Virus record (IMG/VR): IMGVR_UViG_3300008117_004020
Span: 1-64,000 of that record
Length of the DNA stretch: 64,000 bases
From: a virus
Reading direction: 5' to 3' (one strand)
This document shows, one piece after another, positions 27,637 through 36,500 of the stretch; the stretch's first letter is position 1, and the number at the start of each line of letters is the position of its first letter. The translations under genes and the position numbers were made by a program. Under the pieces are notes generated by a model. That model saw only the letters and a program-made list of their open reading frames with translations. It was not told the origin of the DNA and ran no database searches.

Positions 27637-27882
27637 ATGCTATTTAGCTTACCTAATGGCAAAGTTATAGAAATATCAGTGGAACAGTTTTTTGAGATGA
27701 CAGATGAAGATCTGGAGTATTTAATTGGACTAAATTATGGAGAAGCAATTCAAAATCCATTCTTTGGTTCTATAATAGAAACTCCAGATATTTTTGAAAC
27801 ACCTGAAGTCTTTTTGGAACTTGAGATTCCACCCTCTGATGAAATTGATATATCTATAGACTATACGCCAGATGAAGAATAA
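27637..27882 (+). CDS. Acidic hypothetical protein
   Basis: MLFSLPNGKVIEISVE...; start re-called. Confidence 0.65.
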   Translation: MLFSLPNGKVIEISVEQFFEMTDEDLEYLIGLNYGEAIQNPFFGSIIETPDIFETPEVFLELEIPPSDEIDISIDYTPDEE

Positions 27883-27990
27883 TTGACGAGTTGATTACAT
27901 AGTATTTAATCCTTTAGAAATATGGGATGGGGAACTTTTATCCTCATCCCTTTTTTTATATATATTTAATAACGCTTAAATTTTCAGTAA

Positions 27991-28518
27991 ATGAAAAAAG
28001 AAAACAAATCAATAACTGTGGGAAAAGATTTTCTTACAGTTAATTACCATGACACTAAAAAGCATTTTGTCTATCCTATTCAGAAGGACCATGATGCTTT
28101 GAAAGAAGTTAAGTTGTTTGGTAAATCACTCAAAGGAGTAAAAGCGACAGATGTTAAAAAAGATTTTCTAACACCCAAACAAAGAGAGGTATTAGATGAT
28201 TTATTGTATGCAAAACATCGCATGACACCAAAAGAAATTAATGATCTCCCTGTTAGTAGAAAATATAGGGTGAAGGTTATTTCTAAAGAAGTGGAGAGAA
28301 CATTGACAGAATGGAAAAAAGAGATTATCTTTGGCAAGATAGATAGTTTGCTTTTAAAGATGTTCCCTAATTCTAGTGTTGTTAAACAATTTATAGATGC
28401 GGGTGTAAACTATGAAAACGCAGACTATCTTAATAACATTAGTATTCACAGTTTAGTCTCTGAAGAACAGATAGTATCCTATCTTACATCAAAGGGACTA
28501 TTCGCAAAATTTAGTTAA
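27991..28518 (+). CDS. Hypothetical protein
   Basis: 175 aa. Confidence 0.65.
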   Translation: MKKENKSITVGKDFLTVNYHDTKKHFVYPIQKDHDALKEVKLFGKSLKGVKATDVKKDFLTPKQREVLDDLLYAKHRMTPKEINDLPVSRKYRVKVISKEVERTLTEWKKEIIFGKIDSLLLKMFPNSSVVKQFIDAGVNYENADYLNNISIHSLVSEEQIVSYLTSKGLFAKFS

Positions 28519-28838
28519 TGGGATATCACAACTTATCAAACGAAGAGATTGTATTTCTTTACAATGTAGCCAAATCTGTTGTAAAGCAATATGAAGAGAC
28601 ATTCATCAGTAATAGTTTAAAACAATCACTATCCACAGATGTGGGAATCATTGAAGTGAGAACTAGCATATCTGATGATATCATTGAAACATTGTCTAAA
28701 AGCAAACATTACACCATCATGAAGGATGTAATGGGTAAACTTGAAAAGATATATGATCTCATCGTTGATACAGATCCAGAATTAGTAGAAGAAATAAACA
28801 AAATTTTTGACCTTAAAATAGAAGACACAGAAGAATGA
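28518..28838 (+). CDS. Hypothetical protein
   Basis: 106 aa, overlapping start and stop. Confidence 0.65.
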   Translation: MGYHNLSNEEIVFLYNVAKSVVKQYEETFISNSLKQSLSTDVGIIEVRTSISDDIIETLSKSKHYTIMKDVMGKLEKIYDLIVDTDPELVEEINKIFDLKIEDTEE

Positions 28839-29107
28839 ACCATATATTCTTACAAAACGGAATTACACAATTAGTGTTAAAAGCAGATACAGAAGTAGAA
28901 AGAATGCTCTTAGATGCTTTATTGAGTCAAGGACCACTTGAAATCACTTATATAAGACAACCAGTTGGTGTTCTTGGTGTATCAGTTAAGGATGGAATAG
29001 TTATTAGAAAATTAAAGACAGATGATACAAGCAAAACAGAAAATGTGTGCAGGGTGCAACCAGATGAAACACATTTGGAAGAGTCAGGGGAAGGAGAAGT
29101 TCTGTAA
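28835..29107 (+). CDS. Hypothetical protein
   Basis: 90 aa. Confidence 0.55.
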   Translation: MNHIFLQNGITQLVLKADTEVERMLLDALLSQGPLEITYIRQPVGVLGVSVKDGIVIRKLKTDDTSKTENVCRVQPDETHLEESGEGEVL

Positions 29108-29408
29108 AGAATGTTGGTATAAGCAAGAACCTCCTAAAAAAATAAAACCAGTTTCACAAAAGATGCGTGGTGTTATGGATGAATACACTAAAAAGCGTAC
29201 AGCATATTTAGCATTACATCCTAATTGTCAAGCAAAACTTGTTGGTTGTACTGGTAAAGCAACAGATGTGCATCATAAGAAAGGAAGAGGGGAAAATCAT
29301 AATAATATGTCTTCATGGATAGCAGTATGCAGAGAATGTCACACATATATAGAACTTAATCCATTGAATGCCAAAGAGTTAGGATTTTCTGAAAATAGAC
29401 TTGATTAA
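29022..29408 (+). CDS. HNH-type nuclease with N-terminal Zn ribbon
   Basis: CAGC..CKEC; C....GC....DVHH..GR...VCRECH. Confidence 0.8.
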   Translation: MIQAKQKMCAGCNQMKHIWKSQGKEKFCKECWYKQEPPKKIKPVSQKMRGVMDEYTKKRTAYLALHPNCQAKLVGCTGKATDVHHKKGRGENHNNMSSWIAVCRECHTYIELNPLNAKELGFSENRLD

Positions 29409-29450
29409 TTGTGTAAAATTTGTATCTTTATATCTTAAAATCAATTTACT

Positions 29451-29681
29451 ATGAAAAGATCTACAATTTACACGATTGGTCTTGTTGTTTCCTTGCTTGT
29501 TGCCTTTTTAGGAACATTTGGAAGTGAACCAACTACACACTTATGGCATTGGTTTGGGTATGACTTTGGTATCTCTACTAAAGGTGTATTTACAAACATT
29601 GTACCAAAGATTAGCGCAGCAGTATTTATTTTGTTAATGCTTATTGATCCTTTTAAAAAGAAGGAAGAGGTGAGTAATTAA
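29451..29681 (+). CDS. Two-TM membrane protein
   Basis: Two hydrophobic segments; followed by a terminator. Confidence 0.6.
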   Translation: MKRSTIYTIGLVVSLLVAFLGTFGSEPTTHLWHWFGYDFGISTKGVFTNIVPKISAAVFILLMLIDPFKKKEEVSN

Positions 29682-29752
29682 TTTAAACTTTGTTTTATTT
29701 TTGAGTAATTTTCCCCTGATGTGTCTACATTGGGGGTTTTAATTTAAAAGAC

Positions 29753-29944
29753 ATGGAAGCAAGAAAAATAACATGCCCTTATTGTCAAAAAGAATTTGTT
29801 ACAACAAACAAACAAAGAGTTTATTGTAGTAATAAATGTGCTATGGCTAAGGGATATAGAGAACATTTAAAAAGAAAAGAAGCTAAGAAAGTTTCATCAG
29901 AATTCTTCAACTTCGATGATTATAAAGATGGAATCATCGTATAA
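29753..29944 (+). CDS. Zn-finger protein
   Basis: CPYC..F....YCS.KC. Confidence 0.7.
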   Translation: MEARKITCPYCQKEFVTTNKQRVYCSNKCAMAKGYREHLKRKEAKKVSSEFFNFDDYKDGIIV

Positions 29945-29954
29945 AATCAAAAAC

Positions 29955-30332
29955 ATGAAAAAATTCGTATTGCTATGTATTGTGTTTCTATCATTGGGAG
30001 CATCAGCACAAACTTATAAAATTAGGAAAACCTATTCAGCCACTTATAATAGGGTGACTGATGCGTATAGTTATGAATCATCATCATTACCAGAGGGTAT
30101 GTATATCACCTTTATAACTAAAAATCATTTTAAAATAAATGACAAAGCTAAAAGTGAATATCATACACAACAGATGTTGTCAGAAGATAAAGATGTAAGT
30201 TGTACAAATTTTCTTGCAGTGGATGAAAAAGATGAAACTATGGGTGTAAAGGTGTGTAATGTAGATGGAGTGAAGAGCATCACTGTATTGTATCCTGATA
30301 AATATTACATCATCTATTATTTAGAAGATTAA
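29955..30332 (+). CDS. Secreted hypothetical protein
   Basis: MKKFVLLCIVFLSLGASAQ signal peptide. Confidence 0.65.
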   Translation: MKKFVLLCIVFLSLGASAQTYKIRKTYSATYNRVTDAYSYESSSLPEGMYITFITKNHFKINDKAKSEYHTQQMLSEDKDVSCTNFLAVDEKDETMGVKVCNVDGVKSITVLYPDKYYIIYYLED

Positions 30333-30338
30333 TGATAT

Positions 30339-30410
30339 TCCCAAGTAGCTCCAACATTTAGAGCCCCATATTGGTATGGGAGTGTATGGGTGAAAATCCC
30401 ATCTTGGGAA
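30339..30410 (+). tRNA. Aberrant tRNA-like gene (anticodon unassignable)
   Basis: TCCCAAG/CTTGGGA acceptor, GCTC/GAGC D-stem, ATGGG-TGAAAAT-CCCAT T-arm; anticodon arm CCCAT-ATTGGT-ATGGG has a 6-nt loop. Confidence 0.7.
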
Positions 30411-30442
30411 ACTTTATTTAAACTTATTAAAACCAAACAAAC

Positions 30443-30754
30443 ATGAGAGAAATGACAGAACCAGCAATTGCTAGAGAAGAACTAACTCCAGTTAGACAAC
30501 CACAACAATTTGATGATTTAGTAGGACATAAGCCTCTAACTTACGAGCAACAAGTGGCAGGGTTAACAGACCAACAGATTCTTAAAGAGTATGAAATTAG
30601 AATTCAGTTCTTGGACCTTGGATGTATTGTAAATGTTGGATGCAAGTCTATAGCTTTTGATGACCCTTATAAGGCAATAGAGGAAGTAAAAGCCTATATA
30701 CTAAACCCTAAACAAGTAGCTCCTAAATGGAGGGGTTATTTTAATATGGGATAA
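30443..30754 (+). CDS. Hypothetical protein
   Basis: 103 aa; IQFLDLGCIVNVGCKSIAF. Confidence 0.7.
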   Translation: MREMTEPAIAREELTPVRQPQQFDDLVGHKPLTYEQQVAGLTDQQILKEYEIRIQFLDLGCIVNVGCKSIAFDDPYKAIEEVKAYILNPKQVAPKWRGYFNMG

Positions 30755-30759
30755 AATCC

Positions 30760-30847
30760 TTGTGCTGTCCCTTGAGAAAGGACCGAACATACTTTAGTAG
30801 TAAGGTGATAGTGGGTCTACCAGCACAGAGGAGTATCTCACTCCTCA
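30760..30847 (+). ncRNA. Candidate structured RNA
   Basis: TGTGCTG...CAGCACA closing stem, GTCC..GGAC inner hairpin, GAGGAGT..ACTCCTC hairpin. Confidence 0.4.
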
Positions 30848-30852
30848 TTTAT

Positions 30853-30953
30853 AGTCAGGTGGCGTTATATCCGCAGCAAGTAACACAATGGTGTCTTGAA
30901 TTATGTGAAATTCATAGACTTAGGAACTGGTGATTCGAATTCACCCCTGACTA
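30853..30953 (+). tRNA. tRNA-like element with non-canonical middle
   Basis: AGTCAGG/CCTGACT-A acceptor, TGGCG after it, perfect T-arm GGTGA-TTCGAAT-TCACC; no recognisable D or anticodon arm; 101 nt. Confidence 0.6.
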
Positions 30954-30955
30954 CA

Positions 30956-31200
30956 CGTTCTGTAGTCGCTAACAGATAGTCCCATCCTGGATGATGAGAA
31001 ATAGGGTAGCTCCTATATGGTTAAGTGTTAGTTACTTGGTAACTATAGGTTGATTTACCTAATGGTGTATTCCTGAACAATCTATTCCTAACCCTTCTAG
31101 TGTAACTAGAACAGTAAGAATCTATATTGGACTTTGTCCTAACAAGTGAATTACTATGGGGACAGCCATGACACCTGTAAGCTGGATAAATTAGGGTGTA
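30956..31200 (+). ncRNA. Candidate multi-hairpin ncRNA
   Basis: Hairpins ATAGG/CCTAT, TAGTTAC/GTAACTA, TAGGT/ACCTA, TTCTAGT/ACTAGAA, GGAC/GTCC, ACACC/GGTGT; possible long-range GTCCC/GGGAC pairing; no ORF. Confidence 0.45.
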
Positions 31201-31224
31201 TTTTTTTATTTAGAGAACTTTTCG

Positions 31225-31232
31225 TATATTTG
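31225..31232 (+). promoter_or_regulatory. Bacteroidota -7 box
   Basis: CG-TATATTTG, same context as the tmRNA promoter. Confidence 0.65.
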
Positions 31233-31255
31233 TATATAACTAAAATTCAAATATT

Positions 31256-31729
31256 ATGAAAAAACTGGTTTTATTTAGTGTTCTTACACTAGTCGCACTG
31301 ATTACATTTGGTCAAAATTATGCAGTTAAAGTTGGAACAATGATTCCCCTTCCTGTAACTTTGCAACAAAACTATCGTGCTGATGTAGGATCTTCACTAG
31401 CTACATTGTCTCATGCTGCATGCAAAAAGATGGATGTGACATTCACAAGTGGTTTTATGAGGTTCCAAGGCTTTAATGGTCAAGCAGACTTCACTAATGT
31501 TCCTTTATTAGCTGGTATGCGTTATAATGTAAGCAAAAAGGTTTATTTTGGTGCAGATGCTGGTATTGCATTATTTAACAAAGAAGCTGATGTGGACAAC
31601 AGGTTGCTTTACACTCCTTATTTAGGATGCCACCTGGGTCAATTCACTGTTGATATGCGTTATTTTAATTGGTATGATTATGATAACAAGTATAATAACA
31701 TTGGATTGTGCATATCATATAAACTCTAA
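31256..31729 (+). CDS. Outer-membrane beta-barrel protein (8-stranded type)
   Basis: Signal peptide, VPLLAG.RY, YFG..AG, alternating strands, C-terminal GLCISYKL beta-signal. Confidence 0.75.
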   Translation: MKKLVLFSVLTLVALITFGQNYAVKVGTMIPLPVTLQQNYRADVGSSLATLSHAACKKMDVTFTSGFMRFQGFNGQADFTNVPLLAGMRYNVSKKVYFGADAGIALFNKEADVDNRLLYTPYLGCHLGQFTVDMRYFNWYDYDNKYNNIGLCISYKL

Positions 31730-31967
31730 TGTTTTGGGTATATTTATAGTTCTAGTATAACCCGCTGTTTCTACAGTGGGTTTTTTGTTTTCAAACAGCA
31801 ATCTGCATGAATTTTGCCAAAAAACTCATGCAAAATCACATTATAGTATGATAAGTCATTTAAAAATGCCCCTTTTAGGGTATAATGTGTCATAAATCAC
31901 ACTAAAATGTACCTTTTAGGGTATTTTATCGGACATTATCCGTTATAATCAACAAAATTTAACAACT

Positions 31968-33421
31968 ATGATACAGTTTAAAGACCTACAGGTAGGAGAT
32001 AGGGTTAAGACTCATTATAGTGGATGGGCAACAGTAGTTAGTGTGGGATGTTATAATGGAACTATGGTTAGACTTAAATGTGACAACCCCAAGTGGGCTT
32101 GTCCATACTTCTATGAGAGTGAGATAGACCTTAAGCAAACCATTTCGTTGACATCACCAATATGATAAATTTATAATATGATAGAAGCATCAGATATGAT
32201 TACAGCAGAGGATAAAGCCAAAGAGCTAGTAAAATACTTTACAGATAACATCATGTCATTCTTAAACGACAGGATGAAGGATATGAATGCTAAGATGTGT
32301 GCTACTAAAGTGGTAGATGAACTACTACATTATTCTAAACAACATGGATTCATAGGGCTGACTGAGTTCTATGAGGAAGTTAAAACTGAAATAAAAAAAC
32401 TTTAAACAACCTAAACAATGACAGCAGTAGAATGGTTAATTGACGAGTTGAGTAAACCACAATACCCACATGATTTGCGTAAAATTTGCAACCAAGCCCT
32501 TGAAATGGAGAAGCAGCAGATGGAAATATCAGATGAAGAAATAGAGAAAGCAGCAAAAGAATATATTATAAAATTCAATCTTGATGTTCAATTTTATACA
32601 TTTATAGATGGAGCAAAATGGTATCGTGAACAATTAAAACAAAGGAAATGACAGCATTTATAAAGTTTATGATTGGGTTTGCAGCTGTAATAGTTGTAAT
32701 AGGATCTATAGACATGATAGTACAATTATTTATAAAAAATAAAAAGGATGAAAACAAAGAAACACAACTATGATCTAACTATCTACAATGGTAGAGTCAA
32801 AGTTTACATTGATGGTTATGTAGCATTTACATTCAATCAAATAGATTTTAAGGGGTATTATGCCTATAAGGATGACACAGACTTATATGGGCTAGATATA
32901 TACCTTATGAATGAGAAAGGGGGTGCTACAACCATGGAAGTATATTTTAAAACAAAAGAGAACTGGTTAAACGTTCTTAAAATATTAGATCAAAAACTAT
33001 GACAATAATTGACCCACCATCAGGATGGAAATATGGGTTTCCTAAACCCATTCCTGAAGACAGAAAGAAAGATAGTACTGTGTGGCTAGTAGAACAAGGC
33101 TATCCACAAAGTCTTATAGATGAACTGGGTGAATACTTTCACTGCAGATACTGGGAACAATCAGAAGATAACACTGAAAATCAATAAGTTATGACAGAAC
33201 AAGATCTTATAAACATTGGGTTTGAACAAGAACCCACAGATGATGGTGATTACTATTATTCCTTTAGTATAGGAGATTTAAGATTGATCACTAATCAATG
33301 TAAATCAGAAACACCTAATGATGAATGGTCTGTAGATATATTTGATAATGATACATTCAAATTTACTAATATATTGGATGTAATGGAACTAATAAGTATA
33401 TTAGAAAGAAACAAAAAATAG
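31968..33421 (+). other. Run of small hypothetical genes (31968, 32178, 32418, 32748, 32999, 33191)
   Basis: Closely tiled 60-85 aa ORFs with typical phage small-protein starts (TAVEWL, IIDPPSGWKYGFPK, MTEQDL). Confidence 0.6.
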
Positions 33422-33424
33422 ATT

Positions 33425-33841
33425 ATGAGCCATCCTTACCACCACAGTATTTCATCTGCTAGAAAATATGGAGGCAGATGGGAAGATTATATAAAAATTC
33501 ATGATTTTTTTGATGAAACAAAGGCACACTTTCCAGACATGCGACATAGAGCCCTCAGACACCATGCTGAGGGTATTTTTTGGTGTGAACAGCAGTTTGG
33601 AACAGTAATTACCAATTCAGATGGTAAAGAGGTACCTGTAAGATTTATAGGAGAACAGCATTTAATGGAGGATATAGGATTTATCCCCACTATTGCTGAT
33701 TATCTCAAAGAGATGAACCAGGCAGGCTGGATGTATAAACCTGGAGAAGGTAGAAAATTATTAAAAGAAATTAAAGAACAAAAATTAGACTATGTCAGAG
33801 AAAAATCAACAACAGACTGGGTCGAACCTCACATTGGTTGA
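33425..33841 (+). CDS. DUF6915-like His-rich protein
   Basis: HPYHH..SS.RK.GG..EDY..IH.F.D.TK, RHRALRHH, GEQH..ED.G.IPT. Confidence 0.7.
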   Translation: MSHPYHHSISSARKYGGRWEDYIKIHDFFDETKAHFPDMRHRALRHHAEGIFWCEQQFGTVITNSDGKEVPVRFIGEQHLMEDIGFIPTIADYLKEMNQAGWMYKPGEGRKLLKEIKEQKLDYVREKSTTDWVEPHIG

Positions 33842-34490
33842 GTGGTGTGACCAACAAGTAAAAGATGGTAAAGAACTTATGATTAGATGGGATGGTGGAG
33901 GAGATTCAGGTTGGGTTTATTTTGAAATAGATGGAGACACTGTAGAAAATGAGTATACAGAAATGCTTATAGATCATATGTATTCCACTTTAGACTATGG
34001 ATCATGGGCAGGAGAGTTTCATGCTAGTGGTTCAGCTATATATAGTATGGAAGAAAAAGCTTTTGTAGGCACAGACTTTTACAATGAAGACAGCACTATA
34101 AGCTGGAAGGTAAATGCAGAAATCAGAATACCTAAACGCATATGGTTTGATGACTTCCGTTTCTTTATAGATGGCTATGAAGAACCTACAGCTGACTTTG
34201 ACTTCTTTATAAAAAATGGCTTTAGAACTCCAGAACATGATGAGATTCTTAAAGACTTAAATAGCAAAATGAATGTAGTTATAGATGATGCTATTGATGA
34301 CTTTAAAAAATATAATGAGTTTAGAAGCCTTTATGAAAGTGTAAGTATATCCAGATCAGAGTTTGTAGAAGATGGAGATGATATAGTGTATAAAGTGGAA
34401 CATCTTGAAATGGGTACTACACATGGGAATGATAATGACATCTATTTAAATGTAGAAGATATTGATAATCATAGAATAAAAGAATCATGA
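33792..34490 (+). CDS. DUF6878-like acidic protein
   Basis: WDGGGDSG motif; adjacent to the DUF6915-like gene. Confidence 0.5.
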   Translation: MSEKNQQQTGSNLTLVEWCDQQVKDGKELMIRWDGGGDSGWVYFEIDGDTVENEYTEMLIDHMYSTLDYGSWAGEFHASGSAIYSMEEKAFVGTDFYNEDSTISWKVNAEIRIPKRIWFDDFRFFIDGYEEPTADFDFFIKNGFRTPEHDEILKDLNSKMNVVIDDAIDDFKKYNEFRSLYESVSISRSEFVEDGDDIVYKVEHLEMGTTHGNDNDIYLNVEDIDNHRIKES

Positions 34491-35052
34491 ATTACGCAGA
34501 TTATACATATTTAGTGAATGGTGTGTCAGGCTTTGACCTGACCACCGCTCTTAGACTATGGAAGACTAAGTATGCTGAAGACTATAGAGATTTTCAAAAG
34601 GATGTTATCACCAATGTTAGCTTGAATGACTTTGATCAGTTTGTACAAGAATGTTGGAATAAGATAAAACATGTCACTGTACAAGAAGCTCTTCAAGTGG
34701 AAAATACAGAAGAAAGAAGAGCATACTTTGATGCTATAGGTATAGAAAAATTGTTTAAGTCATTGGATCCCAAGCTGTTAGATAAACAAGTGATTAATAA
34801 AAAGCGCACTAAATGGGATGATGCTAATGATCCTATAGAATATGATGGTCTAGTGATGAAAAAGAAAGGACTAAACCAGATGCTATCAGAGCTATAGCTT
34901 GGACTATTAGACTAGATGTAGAAGACCCTGAAAGAATCTACAGACAAGGTGATATTATTGTAGCTAAAATTGGTAGAAAAACCACTGAATATAGCTTCTT
35001 TAGACATCTTGACAAGGATAAATATCTTAAATTAATGTATTCAGAAACCTAA
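34487..35052 (+). pseudogene. Frame-disrupted DUF6745-like gene
   Basis: N-part has NTEERR..IG.EK; a -1 frame at 34846-35052 reads WSSDEKERTKPDAIRAIAWT...YRQGDIIV...MYSET* with no start codon of its own. Confidence 0.65.
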
Positions 35053-35055
35053 ATT

Positions 35056-35223
35056 ATGGAAAATTTAAGAGAACTACTTATTGATAAAATTATAGAATAC
35101 TCAGGTGAAGAATTTGAAGATAAAGCATCTCTAATTGATTTAGCTAAAGAATCAGATAATTCATTGATTACTAGAGTAATAACTCTTTTAGATTGGTATC
35201 ATGAACAATATAATCAAAGTTAA
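35056..35223 (+). CDS. Small hypothetical protein (not in ORF track)
   Basis: 55 aa, tiles the gap. Confidence 0.6.
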   Translation: MENLRELLIDKIIEYSGEEFEDKASLIDLAKESDNSLITRVITLLDWYHEQYNQS

Positions 35224-35226
35224 AGT

Positions 35227-35691
35227 ATGAATACAGAAGTTATAGGTTACGTAGGAGTTGATTCAGGTCAACTCCTACTATGTGACCCATGTTATATAGA
35301 CAGTGAATGGGAGAAAGAAGAGTTCCGAGATATCAGAGTATATGAACACAAGACTACTAAGGATAAACTAACCTTTGGTAAAGACTTTGCTAACTATGAA
35401 CAAGTCATAGATAGGTATAACAAAACTATGAATGAATTAAACGCTACAGGAGATTGGGAAGAAGCACCTAGACCATATGCTGAACATGGGTTTAGTTATA
35501 ATGCTTGTGCTCAAGCTACTCTATCTGATAGAGGACATGGTGGACTAAGATTTAAGATGGGACATCTAGGTGTAGGTGTAGCATTTACAACAGCATTTGG
35601 AGATGGTATGTATCCAGTAGTAGCCCATTATTTAGATGATGGTACATTAAAAAGTGTTGAGGTAATATTTCAAGATGACGAAGAAATTTAA
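35227..35691 (+). CDS. DUF4241-like protein
   Basis: GVDSGQLLLCDPCYI ... T.FGDG.YPV. Confidence 0.65.
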   Translation: MNTEVIGYVGVDSGQLLLCDPCYIDSEWEKEEFRDIRVYEHKTTKDKLTFGKDFANYEQVIDRYNKTMNELNATGDWEEAPRPYAEHGFSYNACAQATLSDRGHGGLRFKMGHLGVGVAFTTAFGDGMYPVVAHYLDDGTLKSVEVIFQDDEEI

Positions 35692-35710
35692 TAACTTTAA
35701 ACAAAAAAAA

Positions 35711-36025
35711 ATGGCAAAAAGAGGTAGACCTAAAAAGATACAGTCTGATAATCAAGCTAAGACTGAATTACAAATGCTTCATACTGTTAGAACTACAGAA
35801 CGACACATTCTTTATAAAGATTTAGCTAATTTAAGAACTGGTATACTTAGTGCTCTTCAGCATGTAAGTGACATGGATAATTCTAGAGAATTAGCTGATG
35901 CAGCATTTAAAGCTGGTAGAGCATATGAACATTTAAATAAAGCTTCTGATCAATTAGAAGAAATGTTAGAGAGCATGTATGAAGCTAATGACTTTGATCA
36001 CTATGATGATTTAGGAGATAATTAA
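35711..36025 (+). CDS. Hypothetical protein with AT-hook-like N-terminus
   Basis: MAKRGRPKK; start re-called. Confidence 0.6.
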   Translation: MAKRGRPKKIQSDNQAKTELQMLHTVRTTERHILYKDLANLRTGILSALQHVSDMDNSRELADAAFKAGRAYEHLNKASDQLEEMLESMYEANDFDHYDDLGDN

Positions 36026-36026
36026 T

Positions 36027-36248
36027 ATGAAAAAACTATTGTTAATCATCCTTATTTTTAGTATATTTGGATGCAGTAAAGAAGCTCCCAGATGTGGAGT
36101 GATAGTGGCAATTCCTCCTCCATATGTGTTTACAGATACTGCATGGTATTCTGTAGCAATAATAAATGATGAGGGTTATACAGATTGGTTAAGAGTTGAT
36201 AGTGCTTATTATTTAACTTTAACAGAAGGAATGTACATTTGTAAATAA
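36027..36248 (+). CDS. Small lipoprotein
   Basis: IFGC lipobox. Confidence 0.6.
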   Translation: MKKLLLIILIFSIFGCSKEAPRCGVIVAIPPPYVFTDTAWYSVAIINDEGYTDWLRVDSAYYLTLTEGMYICK

Positions 36249-36254
36249 AATAAT

Positions 36255-36500
36255 ATGAAAAAAGCTAAACGCATTGTGCTTGGTGAAGGAGAAATCATTG
36301 GGCACAAACACATTCTAGAGTCTAATAAAGACATAGAATATTCTGAAGATCAGAATGGTATTACATTCATGCTGAAGTCCATGGGTATTCTTACACATGA
36401 TGAACATGCTAAGATGGTGTTTCCTAAAGGGAAATATAGATCTTACAATCAAGTGGAGTTTAATCCTTTTGATAATACAGTAAATAGAGTGTTTGACTAA
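36255..36500 (+). CDS. Conserved phage protein (GEGE..GH.H / H.EH family)
   Basis: LGEGEIIGHKH, THDEH, P.G.Y...Q.E...RVFD. Confidence 0.75.
   Translation: MKKAKRIVLGEGEIIGHKHILESNKDIEYSEDQNGITFMLKSMGILTHDEHAKMVFPKGKYRSYNQVEFNPFDNTVNRVFD

Noticed and set aside
30985-31005. CTGGATGATGAGAAA as a hammerhead core
   Set aside because: Not an exact CUGANGA, and no stem II between it and GAAA.
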